Assembly (NCBI GenBank): GCA_951406725.2
Contig: OX597831.1
Coordinates: 13,206,001 to 13,270,000 of the forward strand
Source of the DNA: Octopus vulgaris
Taxonomy: Eukaryota
Direction of reading: 5' to 3'
DNA length: 64,000 nucleotides
The notes below the pieces were generated by a model. It saw nothing but the letters and a program-made list of their open reading frames with translations, had not been told where the DNA came from and did not search any database. Made by a program: the position numbers and the translations under genes. Each line of letters begins with the position of its first letter. The first letter of the stretch is position 1. This document shows positions 28,440-41,160 of this stretch, piece by piece.

Positions 28440-28640
28440 CCACGTATAAACCGTTGGCGATTGTTTTTCCCTCGTCTTCCATTTCTATTGGACTTTCCTC
28501 TGTCTCCTGTTTCTGAAGAAGAGCTTTGCTCGAAACGTAAAATCACCTTTCTTTCCTCCCCTGAGCGTCTGCTAATACTTTACATGTACCACGTCCTCAC
28601 GTTGTTGTTTTTATGTTTGTTCTTTGTTTTTTTTTATATA
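28440..28640 (+). mobile_element. ~200-bp hammerhead-bearing element
   Basis: HHR at 28510-28542: ttt-CTGAAGA-A-GAGC-ttt-GCTC-GAAA-CG-TA^aaa; intact core. Confidence 0.75.
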
Positions 28641-28734
28641 TAGGTAGATAGGTAGGTATATAGATACATAAATAAAGATACAGATAGATAAATAGGTAGA
28701 TAGGTAGATAGATAGGTAGATAGATAGATAGATT

Positions 28735-28772
<38 letters not shown>

Positions 28773-28874
28773 CAAATACACACATTTTTATACATACATA
28801 CACCCATATAAAATTATTCCAATTCATATGCGTATGTGTGTATTGCTGTGTATGTCTATGAGCACAAGGACCCT

Positions 28875-29110
28875 ACTTTTCTGGCCTCTGGTTAGCAGAG
28901 GGTACAGAAGCTCATCTCCTATCTACACCTTTTCCTCCTTGCGGATTAAATTCCCACTCACTATTTACACATCCTGCACACCCACTGCAACTTACTCCCC
29001 GCTCTATAATTACCATTCTGTGTCTGTTTTGCTATTCTTTATCTGTTTCACTGACCTCAAACATACCGTACCCTCACCACCAACCAGGACCCCAAAAAGC
29101 ATATTCCCCT
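28875..29110 (+). mobile_element. Penelope-like GIY-YIG C-terminus and 3' region remnant
   Basis: With a frameshift reads QKLISYLH..PCGLNSHSLF, resembling the PLE terminal 'L.T..P.GLN' motif, followed by a pyrimidine-rich tract. Confidence 0.45.
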
Positions 29111-29387
29111 TGCACAGACGTCAACATACATATTTATACACAAATAGGCTTCATTACATATGTAGAGCTCGTTTCACCAACCACTGAATTTTCTCTTTGC
29201 TCAAACATTAATAGACACATTTTACTGATATCCACATCCTTGCATTTAAGCCATTTGTCTTTCCAAAATAAATTTGGGTATATTAAACAAGTCTCACTCC
29301 GGCACTTTGAACCAATCAAATTAAATTAAACACACACACACACACATATATATATATGTATATATAATATATATATGTGTATATATA

Positions 29388-29454
<67 letters not shown>

Positions 29455-29596
29455 CAAATTAAACTTAAATGTTGAAGTGAATCGAACGGCTTTTGTGTGT
29501 TTCTTAAATGGCTTAAAAACACCTTCCACGCTGCAATTGTTTTCGTTTCAGCACACGATCTCAGATCAAATTACTTGCTATGCGAGTACATCTCCG

Positions 29597-29652
<56 letters not shown>

Positions 29653-29957
29653 TACATATATATATATATATATATGTATATTTCGGCCGAAGGTAATTAA
29701 CTTCACGGAGAGGCGTGACACATGCGGGCAGCCCATCGACCCCCAATATCATAATAACTTCATTATGGATTTAATTAGGCTCAAAATACTGTTTGCTGTG
29801 ATTAAGTTGCTGTTCGGGATACTTCGTTCCGGAGACGCAAAGCATTTCGCGAAAACAATTAACGTTGTTTTTCTTTTCTGCTAGAGTATAATGGGAAACA
29901 ATTAGCTTAATTGATGTAATAACAGCATATAAAACCTATACGCACCTACCTACCCAC

Positions 29958-30014
<57 letters not shown>

Positions 30015-30104
30015 TATCGATAGATAGATATATATAGATATGTATGTATTTATGTCGCTCTCTCACTCCCTCCCTCTCATTATATATATATATGTATATA
30101 TATT

Positions 30105-30146
<42 letters not shown>

Positions 30147-30147
30147 C

Positions 30148-30208
<61 letters not shown>

Positions 30209-30549
30209 TGTTTATCTACAACAAGTAATCAAGGCCTGAAATGAAATGTGTTTCTTCTTTTGTGGGGTTGGTGGGGGGGGGGGGGCGGTTGGTGTGCTGA
30301 GTGGAGAGAATGATTCGAAAAGTTTAATGGCGGGAAGGGATAACAGAATAGACATAAAAGGAAAAGAAAAAAGAGTGGGATGGGAGGAGAGGAGGAAGGA
30401 GGAAAAGAAGAAGAAGAAGAAGAAGAAGGAGGAAAAGAAGAAGAAGAAGAAGAATGGGAGAGGACGATGAGAAGAATCGTGATGTTTGAATGCGTTGGAA
30501 TGAGACTGATAAAGCAAAGATATGCCATAGTAATGAGGTGACCATTAAT

Positions 30550-30597
<48 letters not shown>

Positions 30598-30682
30598 TCA
30601 TGCATATATATTTATTCTCATAAACACGTACAAAGACATATACACAGAAAAACAAACACACACACACACGCGTGTATATCGT

Positions 30683-30745
<63 letters not shown>

Positions 30746-31665
30746 CAAGCCAAATTTCTAAAGAGGAAATTATCTAGAAACGTAGAGAAGATACTAAATT
30801 AAAGAGATTCATAGAGGAGTCTGAAAGTGTTCTCTTTCAAGCTGCAACAGTAACTTATAATTATTGCATTGTCTCGTTAATTAGCCTTTCGGAAGAGCCT
30901 AAACACTGTTTTTAGACATCATTGTACATTACGTATAACACAAACTTTTACTGGTAGTCAAACACAAGCACAAGTATATTTGAGATTATTCATTTGAGGG
31001 AACGATGGGAATAAATTTTTGGTGGAATCCAGCAGTAGAAATCAATCACATATCGCTTCCTCATGGGACAATCTTGATGCATTTTATTTCGTGATAATAG
31101 AAATTTGCTCGTTGTAATATTCTTCCAGTCACGATGTTTGTGTGTTCAAATGATACACTTTGAAGAAGCTTATCTATGGAACGATATCGAAGATATAATC
31201 TTCATATTTAACACAGTGTAAATGTTTACGTGTAAGTGAAGGTTAATTAAAGAATCCGTAATGCCTTATATAATGAAACAAGCTTGACTGATAAGCTTTC
31301 AGCAACCTTAGCTACGGAACGACAACGGAGACATAATGGAAGTGCATACTAACGAAATATGCTCGAGGAGCAACTCTTTAAGCACCGTTAAGTATGGATT
31401 AAAATTGAAGTCATAATCGGAATATGTATTGTAATATAACATGTCTAAAGCCTTAAACAAATGATTGACTCTCTGTCTCATTGCGTTTGTTTAAGCGTTC
31501 AATATTTCTTAGTTTGCTTTTGTTGTTGTTGTAATTTTTAATTTTGCTAGAAATGGCAATAAAATCTGCCTCAGTTAAATACTGCCATCCTAGAAATGTT
31601 GATGCTGGTTACACACACGCACACACACTCTCACACACACACATATTAAGCATTAGCCGATTACC

Positions 31666-31882
31666 TATTTCTTTACTACTCACAAGGGGTTAAACACAGA
31701 GGGGACAAACAAGGACAGTCAAAGGGATTAAGTTGATTACATCGATCCCAGTGCTTAACTGGTACTTAATTTATCGACCCCGAAAGGATGAAAGGCAAAG
31801 TCGACCTCGGCGGAATTTGAACTCACACCGTAACGGCAGACGAAATACCGCTAAGCATTTCGCCCGGCGTTGCTAACGTTTC
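31666..31882 (-). mobile_element. SINE family A copy, young type
   Basis: Closely similar to 52793-53022. Confidence 0.88.
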
Positions 31883-33199
31883 TATGTTGTGCCTCACCTT
31901 GAAATAAATAATCAATGAAACCCCCCCACTCCCAGTGTTTGCAATCTGCTACATATTCGATTGCCTCTTTGCGTTTGTTATTGCTGTTGTTGTTATCGTC
32001 GTCGATTTTTTTATTTTTGTTATTGTTATTATTACTAAGGCGCTGAGCTGGCAGAATCGTTATCGCACCGGGCAAAATGTTTACTGATATTTCCTCCGTC
32101 TTAACGTTCTGAGTTCAAATTCCGCCGTTTCGGGGTCGACCAAATAAGTACCAGTGGAACACCGGAGTCGATGTAATCGACTAGATCCCTCCCCTAAAAT
32201 TTCAAACCTTGTATCTATAGTACAAAGGATTGTTGTTGTTGTTGCTGTTGTTGTTGTTGTTGCTGCTGCTGCTGCTGTTGTTGTTGTTATTGTTGTTTCT
32301 GCTGCTGTTCTCGCGATGCTCTCTAGTCTTGATATACTGCGGCAGTCATGATGGGCGTCACTCTTAATTCTGGGGTCTTATCAATACGCTCCACTTCAAA
32401 TGCCAGCGCGGCGATGGAATAAGAACCAGTGATGCACTGCAATCAGCTGATTGGTTTGATTCTGGCTTCAGAAAGAGGAAAAGAATGAAGCAGAGTACAG
32501 GAAGTCAAGTGCGGGGCAATATCTACTCTACGTCTGCCTCAGGCACCATTAGTTATTTTTTGATTCTTGGATGAGCAGATTTAGCAGATTGGGAATGCAT
32601 TAAAAGAAGGCCCGAAGACGTGATAGGTAGGATAAACCCGAAAAATCTATTTTGTATTTTGTGACAAAAAAATTCATGACCAACATACAGCACTTGTCAA
32701 GGAACTACTCAGCGTTGTTTCTAGTCTGATGACAGAAAGAGAAAAACATTGTCTGCTTCTAAATTATGAAAGCGTAGGAAGAAAAGAAATTCATTTTTCT
32801 TAAATCCTTATGTATTCCTGAATAAGATTATTCATCATCAGCAAAAAGTTATTCCAGCTTCCTGCAAGAAGCTCTCCTTATCGCTGATGATAATTTCTGC
32901 TTGGTGTGTCTCAGGTTTTCTTTCCTGAAATAGCTTTTATTCAATACTGTATTTATGTCCGTATTACAGCAGATAAAGTAAAGAATTGATAAAGATGTTC
33001 ACCATTACACATCTTAGTCACATCACATATAATCTTCTGCATTCACTATCACTTAAATCTCTTTTCTATTTCAATTTCTATTTTCGGTTTCGGTTAGAGG
33101 CTGCAGCCGTGCTTTATCACCGCTATTAGCATTAAAACTTGCTTATTTTAGCATTAAAACTTGCTTATTTCCTCAAATTTCTCTTCAGAATCAGTCCTT

Positions 33200-33780
33200 G
33201 AGATGTAATGAGTTGGACAGAGCTTTTCTTCTTTCTGTTTCTTGCTGGAATGAGGGACCATCTGGTATATCATATCAAAATTTATCTACATCTTCTTTGA
33301 ACACACCAACATCTACACTCCTTGGATCACTGAGGTCTTTTAAGAGCGCCTTGAAAAGTTGTGGGCCTAAGTTGGACAGCGAATGCGGGATCCTTTATAC
33401 ACTGCACTACTGTCCATTCAGGTGACTGGTACAGCATCCTATCCCAAAGTTGAGGGTTATAGCTTTCAGATCTTCCAAATATGCCACGGCATATCTTTCA
33501 TGTCTTCTCTTCAAGGAGTAGAGCCTCAACTATGTTAGTTTACAACAGTGGTCAGTCTGTTGCACTGAGGCCATCTTCTTAGAGTAGTCGCGTTGGATTT
33601 CCCCGAGTTTTCTGTTGTTAATTTGACATTTTGTGGCGACCATAATTGGAAGCCTCTTACCCAGGGGACTGAACACGGAGTATTCCTCATTCGAACAACA
33701 TGGTTTCCCCTCCCGTGTTCTGAATGATCTCATAATCCAACGAGTCAGTCACTTGGATAGTTTTGCGATCTTAGTAACAT
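33200..33780 (-). mobile_element. Decayed CR1-like LINE 3' fragment (duplicate at about 35725-36305)
   Basis: LRLYSLKRRHERY, LGPQLFK, VDVGVFK..DKF..IPDGP motifs. Confidence 0.7.
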
Positions 33781-33889
33781 GGACAGGAAATGATGCATCA
33801 CTATACATGTAGATGCACCAGTCAGGCACCGACTCTGAATCTGGGGTTGCAATAACCTCATGATCATATCAAAAACACAACTCACACAG

Positions 33890-33970
33890 CCCTCTACATT
33901 TACTGCCCATGCTTCACTACTATTCACCAGTATGCATCTTACGCACGCCACACATAGCATAGACCTCCGT
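33890..33970 (-). mobile_element. RTE-like LINE fragment (duplicate at about 36415-36495)
   Basis: LCVACVRCILVNSSEAWAV resembles the RTE 'LY.ACVRS.MLYGSETW' motif. Confidence 0.5.
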
Positions 33971-34511
33971 ATCCACTATCATAGGCTATCACAGCACACA
34001 GACTTAGACTATCTTCAGCACACTTCATATAGTCTTCTATATTCTCTACTGGAAACGAAAATAGAAATCTGTCGGCATAAAAAAATGTAAATATCAACAG
34101 AAAATACAAGACAGCAGAAACTAAATATATAATGGGAAAATGAAAGAGATGAAGAATTGGGACTTTAAGAAATCTGACGTGCCACAGAAATAATTGGTGA
34201 AAGTTGATGAAAATTTTGCTGCACAAAATACAAGAAGTGAAAACAATACCAACCGACTACGATGTGTGCATTTTAATGAAGACGTCACGGCACGAAGACT
34301 AATCAATGTAGTGGCACAATGTCGAAGAATTGTGTGCAAAGCACGGAAAAGTCTGAGACGTACTTTAATGGAGCATACACGTTTAGACATACATTTAGTG
34401 GAGATAGTCTTCGTGTTGTGGTTTCAGACTTCATGAAGGTGGCGTGTACGGGGACTAAAACCGAAACAACGTTTGATGAGTGCATCCCTTTTTAACAACC
34501 CACCCACGAGC

Positions 34512-34567
<56 letters not shown>

Positions 34568-34628
34568 GTATATGTATATATATATATATACATTCAAAAT
34601 GTGACCGCGTGTGTACCGTTGGCGATTT

Positions 34629-37041
34629 TTTCCTCCGTCTTAACGTTCTGAGTTCAAATTCCGCCGTTTCGGGGTCGACCAAATAAGTACCAGTGGAACA
34701 CCGGAGTCGATGTAATCGACTAGATCCCTCCCCTAAAATTTCAAACCTTGTATCTATAGTAGAAAGGATTGTTGTTGTTATTGCTGTTGTTGTTGTTGTT
34801 GCTGCTGCTGCTGTTGTTGTTGTTGTTGTTGTTGTTTCTGCTGCTGTTCTCGCGATGCTCTCTAGTCTTGATATACTGCGGCAGTCATGATGGGCGTCAC
34901 TCTTAATTCTGGGGTCTTATCAATAGGCTCCACTTCAAATGCCAGCGCGGCGATGGAATAAGAACCAGTGATGCATTGCAATCAGCTGATTGGTTTGACT
35001 CTGGCTTCAGAAAGAGGAAAAGAATGAAGCAGAGTACAGGAAGTCAAGTGCGGGGCAATATCTACTCTACGTCTGCCTCAGGCACCATTAGTTATTTTTT
35101 GATTCTTGGATGAGCAGATTTAGCAGATTGAGAATACATTAAAAAAAGACCCGAAGACGTGATAGGTAGGATAAACCCGAAAAATCTATTTTGTATTTTG
35201 TGACAAAAAATTCATGACCAACATACAGCACTTGTCAAGGAACTACTCAGCGTTGTTTCTAGTCTGATGACAGAAAGAGAAAAACATTGTCTGCTTCTAA
35301 ATTCTGAAAGCGTAGGAAGAAAAGAAATTCATTTTTCTTAAATCCTTATGTATTCCTGAATAAGATTATTCATCATCAGCAAAAAGTTATTCCAGCTTCC
35401 TGCAAGAAGCTCTCCTTATCGCTGATGATAACTTCTGCTTGGTGTGTCTCAGGTTTTCTTTCCTGAAATAGCTTTTATTCAATACTGTATTTATGTCCGT
35501 ATTACAGCAGATAAAGTAAAGAATTGATAAAGATGTTCACCATTACACATCTTAGTCACATCACATATAATCTTCTGCATTCACTATCACTTAAATCTCT
35601 TTTCTATTTCAATTTCTATTTTCGGTTTCGGTTAGAGGCTGCAGCCGTGCTTTATCACCGCCATTAGCATTAAAACTTGCTTATTTTAGACTCATTCCTC
35701 AAATTTCTCTTCAGAATCAGTCCTTGAGATGTAATGAGTTGGACAGAGCTTCTCTTCTTTCTGTTTCTTGCTGGAATGAGGGATCATCTGGTATATCATA
35801 TCAAAATTTATCTACATCTTTTTTGAACACACCAACATCTACACTCCTTGGATCACTGAGGTCTTTTAAGAGCGCCTTGAAAAGTTGTGGGCCTAAGTTG
35901 GACAGCGAATGCGGGATCCTTTATACACTGCACTACTGTCCATTCAGGTGACTGGTACAGCATCCTATCCCAAAGTTGAGGGTTATAGCTTTCAGATCTT
36001 CCAAATATGCCACGGCATATCTTTCATGTCTTCTCTTCAAGGAGTAGAGCCTCAACTATGTTAGTTTACAACAGTGGTCAGTCTGTTGCACTGAGGCCAT
36101 CTTCTTAGAGTAGTCGCGTTGGATTTCCCCGAGTTTTCTGTTGTTAATTTGACATTTTGTGGCGACCATAATTGGAAGCCTCTTACCCAGGGGACTGAAC
36201 ACGGAGTATTCCTCATTCGAACAACATGGTTTCCCCCTCCCGTGTTCTGAATGATCTCATAATCCAACGAGTCAGTCACTTGGATAGTTTTGCGATCTTA
36301 GTAACATGGACAGGGAATGATGCATCACTATACATGTAGATGCACCAGTCAGGCACCGACTCTGAATCTGGGGTTGCAATAACCTCATGATCATATCAAA
36401 AACACAACTCACACAGTCCTCTACATTTACTGCCCATGCTTCACTACTATTCACCAGTATGCATCTTACGCACGCCACACATAGCATAGACCTCCGTATC
36501 CACTATCATAGGCTATCACAGCACACAGACTTAGACTATCTTCAGCACACTTCATATAGTCTTCTATATTCTCTGCTGGAAACGAAAATAGAAATCTGTC
36601 GGCATAAAAAAATGTAAATATCAACAGAAAATACAAGACAGCAGAAACTAAATATATAATGGAAAAACGAAAGAGATGAAGAATTGGGACTTTAAGAAAT
36701 CTGACGTGCCACAGAAATAATTGGTGAAAGTTGATGAAAATTTTGCTGCACAAAATACAAGAAGTGAAAACAATACCAACCGACTACGATGTGTGCATTT
36801 TAATGAAGACGTCACGGCACGAAGACTAATCAATGTAGTGGCACAATGTCGAAGAATTGTGTGCAAAGCACGGAAAAGTCTGAGACGTACTTTAATGGAG
36901 CATACACGTTTAGACATACATTTAGTGGAGATAGTCTTCGTGTTGTGGTTTCAGACTTCATGAAGGTGGCGTGTACGGGGACTAAAACCGAAACAACGTT
37001 TGATGAGTGCATCCCTTTCTAACAACCCACCCACGAGCGTG

Positions 37042-37090
<49 letters not shown>

Positions 37091-37170
37091 GTATATGTAT
37101 ATGTATATATATATATATACATTCAAAATGTGACCGCGTGTGTACCGTTGGCGATTTTTTCCTCCGTCTT
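34629..37170 (+). repeat. Tandem segmental duplication, copy 2
   Basis: See copy 1; differs by scattered SNPs and indels. Confidence 0.96.
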
Positions 37171-37305
37171 CTCTTCTTTGGATCTTTCCTTTTCCTATGT
37201 TTCTGACGAAGAGCTCCACTCGAAACGTTAAATCCTCCTTCTTTCTTTCTTTCCTTTCCCGAGTGTCCAATACCACTATACTTATTCCACGTCCTCGCGT
37301 TCTTG
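37129..37305 (+). mobile_element. ~200-bp hammerhead-bearing element
   Basis: HHR at 37200-37232: ttt-CTGACGA-A-GAG-ctcca-CTC-GAAA-CG-TT^aaa; intact core. Confidence 0.78.
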
Positions 37306-37483
37306 TATGAATGTATGTACGTATGTACATGTGTGTGTATGTGTGTGTGTGTGTGTGTATGTGCGTGTGTGTGTGTGTTAGATATACATTGTAAGCTCGC
37401 CCACACCTTGCTTGGCTAGAGTAATAATTGAAATCTTGATGATGATAATGCTGATGATAATACTGATGATACTACTACTGCTG

Positions 37484-37567
<84 letters not shown>

Positions 37568-37904
37568 GAATAATGAAACAAAGAGTTCCTAAAAGTTATC
37601 TGCGCATGAAGAAAATAATTCAGAGACACATTATAAAAAATAACGTTGATAATAATTTGTAACTGCCAAAATCAGGAGATGTGAATTATTTTGTCTAGCC
37701 ATAGAATATATTTTATAGTTTTTGATATTTGACAATGTTTATAGAATATCCTAGGGCTGATAACAGGAATCAGAACACAGCGAATGTGATATCAATAAAG
37801 TGAGAGAAGAGAAGACACTATAAAACCACGATAACAATGTTATATATGATAATATGAAAAGACTCGTCGAATCAGTATCAGCATAAAATAAATATATATG
37901 TATG

Positions 37905-37952
<48 letters not shown>

Positions 37953-37961
37953 CATACACAC

Positions 37962-37996
<35 letters not shown>

Positions 37997-38518
37997 TACT
38001 TATAGGTTTTGTGCAAATTGTAGTAGTATCAAACACACCCATACCTATATTATACACGTACACATGTACAAATATATACGCATGTATGCAAGCACACATA
38101 TACATTCATATATTATACTACATTTATAGCTAGGCATACACATACAGCGAAGGCTCATGTATACACACATAATTTTAGAGTTGATAACCACTGATAGGTT
38201 TCTGTAGGAATACAACAGTATAGAGAAATTTACATAGACGCTTATGCTCACACACATAGATAAGCACATACACATACTTAATCACACGCTCGCACACGTA
38301 CACATACACATAGAGAAATGTAGAGAGACATTTTTTGTGTATGTCTACAGAATACATATGGAGGCGTGGCTGTGTGGTAAGAAGTTTGATTTCCGACCAC
38401 ATGGTTCGGAGTCCAGTCCCACTGCGTTGCACCTTGGGCATGTGTCTTTTACTATAACCTCGAGCCAACAAAAGCCTTGTAAGTAGATATGGTAGACGGA
38501 AATTGAAAGAAGCCCGTC

Positions 38519-38559
<41 letters not shown>

Positions 38560-38690
38560 TTTAACAATTAAGGATAACCTCTTAATAAGGAATCTTAACA
38601 AGAAATTATCAGGTAGTTAGCGTGAAAAACCTCATAAAAGAAAAGAATTCGAAAATAATTGTTTTCCTTTTGAACAAATTAATTATATCT

Positions 38691-39104
38691 ATATTGTATA
38701 GAGGGCATTATTACACATAAATGCCTCACACTAAGAGGGACAAAGTCATTACTACCAAAATTAAACTAATCATACCTAAATGCTGTTCTTCAAAGCAAGA
38801 CATTTAAAAAATGAATTTAGTTCTGTATCACCGTGATTTCACATTTAACTTACGTCTATGATCATCAGCAGAACTGATTCTGAACACATCATAAATAAAC
38901 CACCAACCTTACCTAGCGAAGACGAATAGACATCTATTCACTCCGGCCAAGCACATGGAATGTTTATAAATCATATATCCGGTAAATGGCGGGCTTTTTC
39001 GAACTGCATGTCGGGTAAGAAAAGTATTTCGGAATAAGTTTAACAATGAATTTGTCCCTCTTAGTGTGAGGCATTTATGTGTAATAATGCCCTCTATACA
39101 ATAT
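38691..39104. mobile_element. Foldback element with 60-bp inverted arms enclosing a hammerhead
   Basis: 38691-38750 versus 39045-39104, 59/60 complementary by eye. Confidence 0.85.
38819..38875 (-). ncRNA. Type I hammerhead ribozyme motif
   Basis: agttctg-CTGATGA-tCAT..ATGt-GAAA-TCACgGTGA-TA^cagaact; 7-bp stem I. Confidence 0.75.
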
Positions 39105-39106
39105 TA

Positions 39107-39137
<31 letters not shown>

Positions 39138-39369
39138 TAAAATCAAAATGAGGGTGAAAAATTGGATATTAATTTGAGAACATCAATTTTAAAACCAGTG
39201 GTCTAACATATAAAAAAAAACTGAGATTCAGTAAATAGTATTTCATACATAAATATAAGAGGGAATTTTTTAACCACTATGGGCTAAATTTTCTGGAGAA
39301 CAATTCTTAGTGGTTGAGACCATAGCAGACCTAGCATAAGGGTTTCCACACAGTCGTTAAAAAATTCCC

Positions 39370-39424
<55 letters not shown>

Positions 39425-39833
39425 AGAGAGAGAGAGAGACATATATCAACGAGTGTGTGTCTAACTCATCACCTCGTGACAACTGCTGTTGGTGTTTAGA
39501 TTCCTCTGTAACTTAGCTGCTCGGCAAAAGGAACCGTATGAATAAGTACCAGGCTTATTTGAATGAAATTATTCAAAGCAGTGTTACAGCATGGCCGCTG
39601 TCTAATGACAAAATCCAGTAAAAGCCAAAAGGTTGCTGATATCATTTGTCCATAATATATGCATGTATGTACGTGCTTCTGTTCGCACACATATGCACAT
39701 ATGTATACAAAGCCGGGGCTTTACAGTTCATAGGGTATTTAGGCCATTGGGAATAAAGAATGGTGTCCATGTGTCCCAACAAAATGTATTATGCTAGACT
39801 CGTGGCTTACAACATCCATCCGACCATCCACAC

Positions 39834-39933
<100 letters not shown>

Positions 39934-40571
39934 GACTATCCATCCAGCAATCCGTCTATCTCTCTTTCTCCCCCTTCCGATCTCTCTACTTTCTTCAAAG
40001 TTTTCACAAATTCTTTTCATTGCTATGAGTCGCCGCGCCTCCAGCTAAATTTTGGCACAGATCTTTTCGCTTCGGCCAATCCCCTGATAGCATCTACAAT
40101 ATTCCCCGATATTCTTACAGGTAAACAACGGAAAACATCTTATATCTCTAATGATTCAAATTTACGCATCAAACATTTTCTCTTCCTTTCACATTAGAAG
40201 CCATTGGTGATATATTTCATATATCCACATATGCTACATTAGATTAGGATAGAATACATTCTGACAATTGCATTGTGACAGAAGATTGTTACGATAGGAT
40301 ATATATTGACAATTTCACTGTCACAAAAGATGATAATAACAAATGACTGCATAGTTGTATAAACGAAAGGAGAGGTGTAAACGCACACACGCATAGTCAT
40401 GCGTGTTTGAGGTGGGAATGTGTAATTAAGCGCGTGACTGTTTGCGTATATGAATGTAGGTGTGCATATATGTGTGTGGGTGTGAATCTTTCCCATCTCT
40501 CTCTCTGTTACACACACAGACATATGCATATACATAATAAATAAATAAAAAACATATATATATATAATATA

Positions 40572-40829
40572 TATATATTATATTAAATTAGAGATAAAAC
40601 CACTATTAGGCAAATCATACAATGAAAAACTCAAGCCAATACATAAGATTAATTAATTTATATTATTTTGAATATATATCAATCGTAGTGTTATACTAAT
40701 TATCTTTTTTTAATAATTTTGATATATATTTAAAATAATATAAATTAATTAATCTTATGTATTGGCTTAAGTTTTTCATTGTATGATTTGCCTAATAGTG
40801 GTTTTATCTCTAATTTAATATAATATAAT
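40572..40829. repeat. Long AT-rich inverted repeat (111-bp arms, 36-bp spacer)
   Basis: 40572-40682 versus 40719-40829, about 2 mismatches by eye. Confidence 0.9.
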
Positions 40830-40903
40830 ATTTTACTATAAAATTGGATTCAATCCTAAATCTGATTTTTCCCTGTAAGTTTGGATTTATTCCCTAATAT
40901 TTT

Positions 40904-40945
<42 letters not shown>

Positions 40946-40969
40946 GTAAGAATTTGACATATATATGTA

Positions 40970-41160
40970 TAGTTGGAATTTATAGAAAGACAAAAGACGA
41001 AGATAGGTGTATGAACAACAAGCAAGTATTTAGTTTGACGCTCGGGAAAATGAAAAATGTCTTTTACATTTCGAGCCTAAGCTCTTCAGCAGAAAAAGAA
41101 TAAAAGAAAATAAACAGAGAGAGAATGAAAAAAAAACTTGTAGATTTCAGCGCTCCTGCA
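40970..41160 (-). mobile_element. ~200-bp hammerhead-bearing element, degenerate
   Basis: 41062-41095: ttt-CTGCTGA-A-GAGC-ttag-GCTC-GAAA-TG-TA^aaa. Confidence 0.6.

Larger units (their letters stand above)
32090..34628 (+). repeat. Tandem segmental duplication, copy 1 (~2.54 kb)
   Basis: Colinear with 34629-37170; ORF pairs 32154/34693, 33198/35724 and 34194/36721 are near-identical. Confidence 0.96.
38360..39625 (+). mobile_element. SINE family B split by ~0.9 kb of nested insertions in its internal (TA)n
   Basis: 5' half at 38360-38520; 3' half at about 39450-39625 (GTAACTTAGC..AATAAGTACCAGGCTT..CAGCATGGCCGC). Confidence 0.75.

Noticed and set aside
30655-30742. (CA)n-(CG)n-(TG)n Z-DNA or hairpin as a functional element
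   Set aside because: Alternating purine-pyrimidine tracts are ubiquitous here; nothing indicates function
32725-32895. CTGATGA matches in the duplicated unit (also at 25047 and 14939)
   Set aside because: No stem II plus GAAA plus cleavage triplet arrangement; chance 7-mers
34423-34476. Further hammerhead (CTTCATGA-A-GGT..ACC-GAAA-CAACG-TT), duplicated near 36950-37003
   Set aside because: Core is altered and stem I cannot be set in register; at best a relic, not counted
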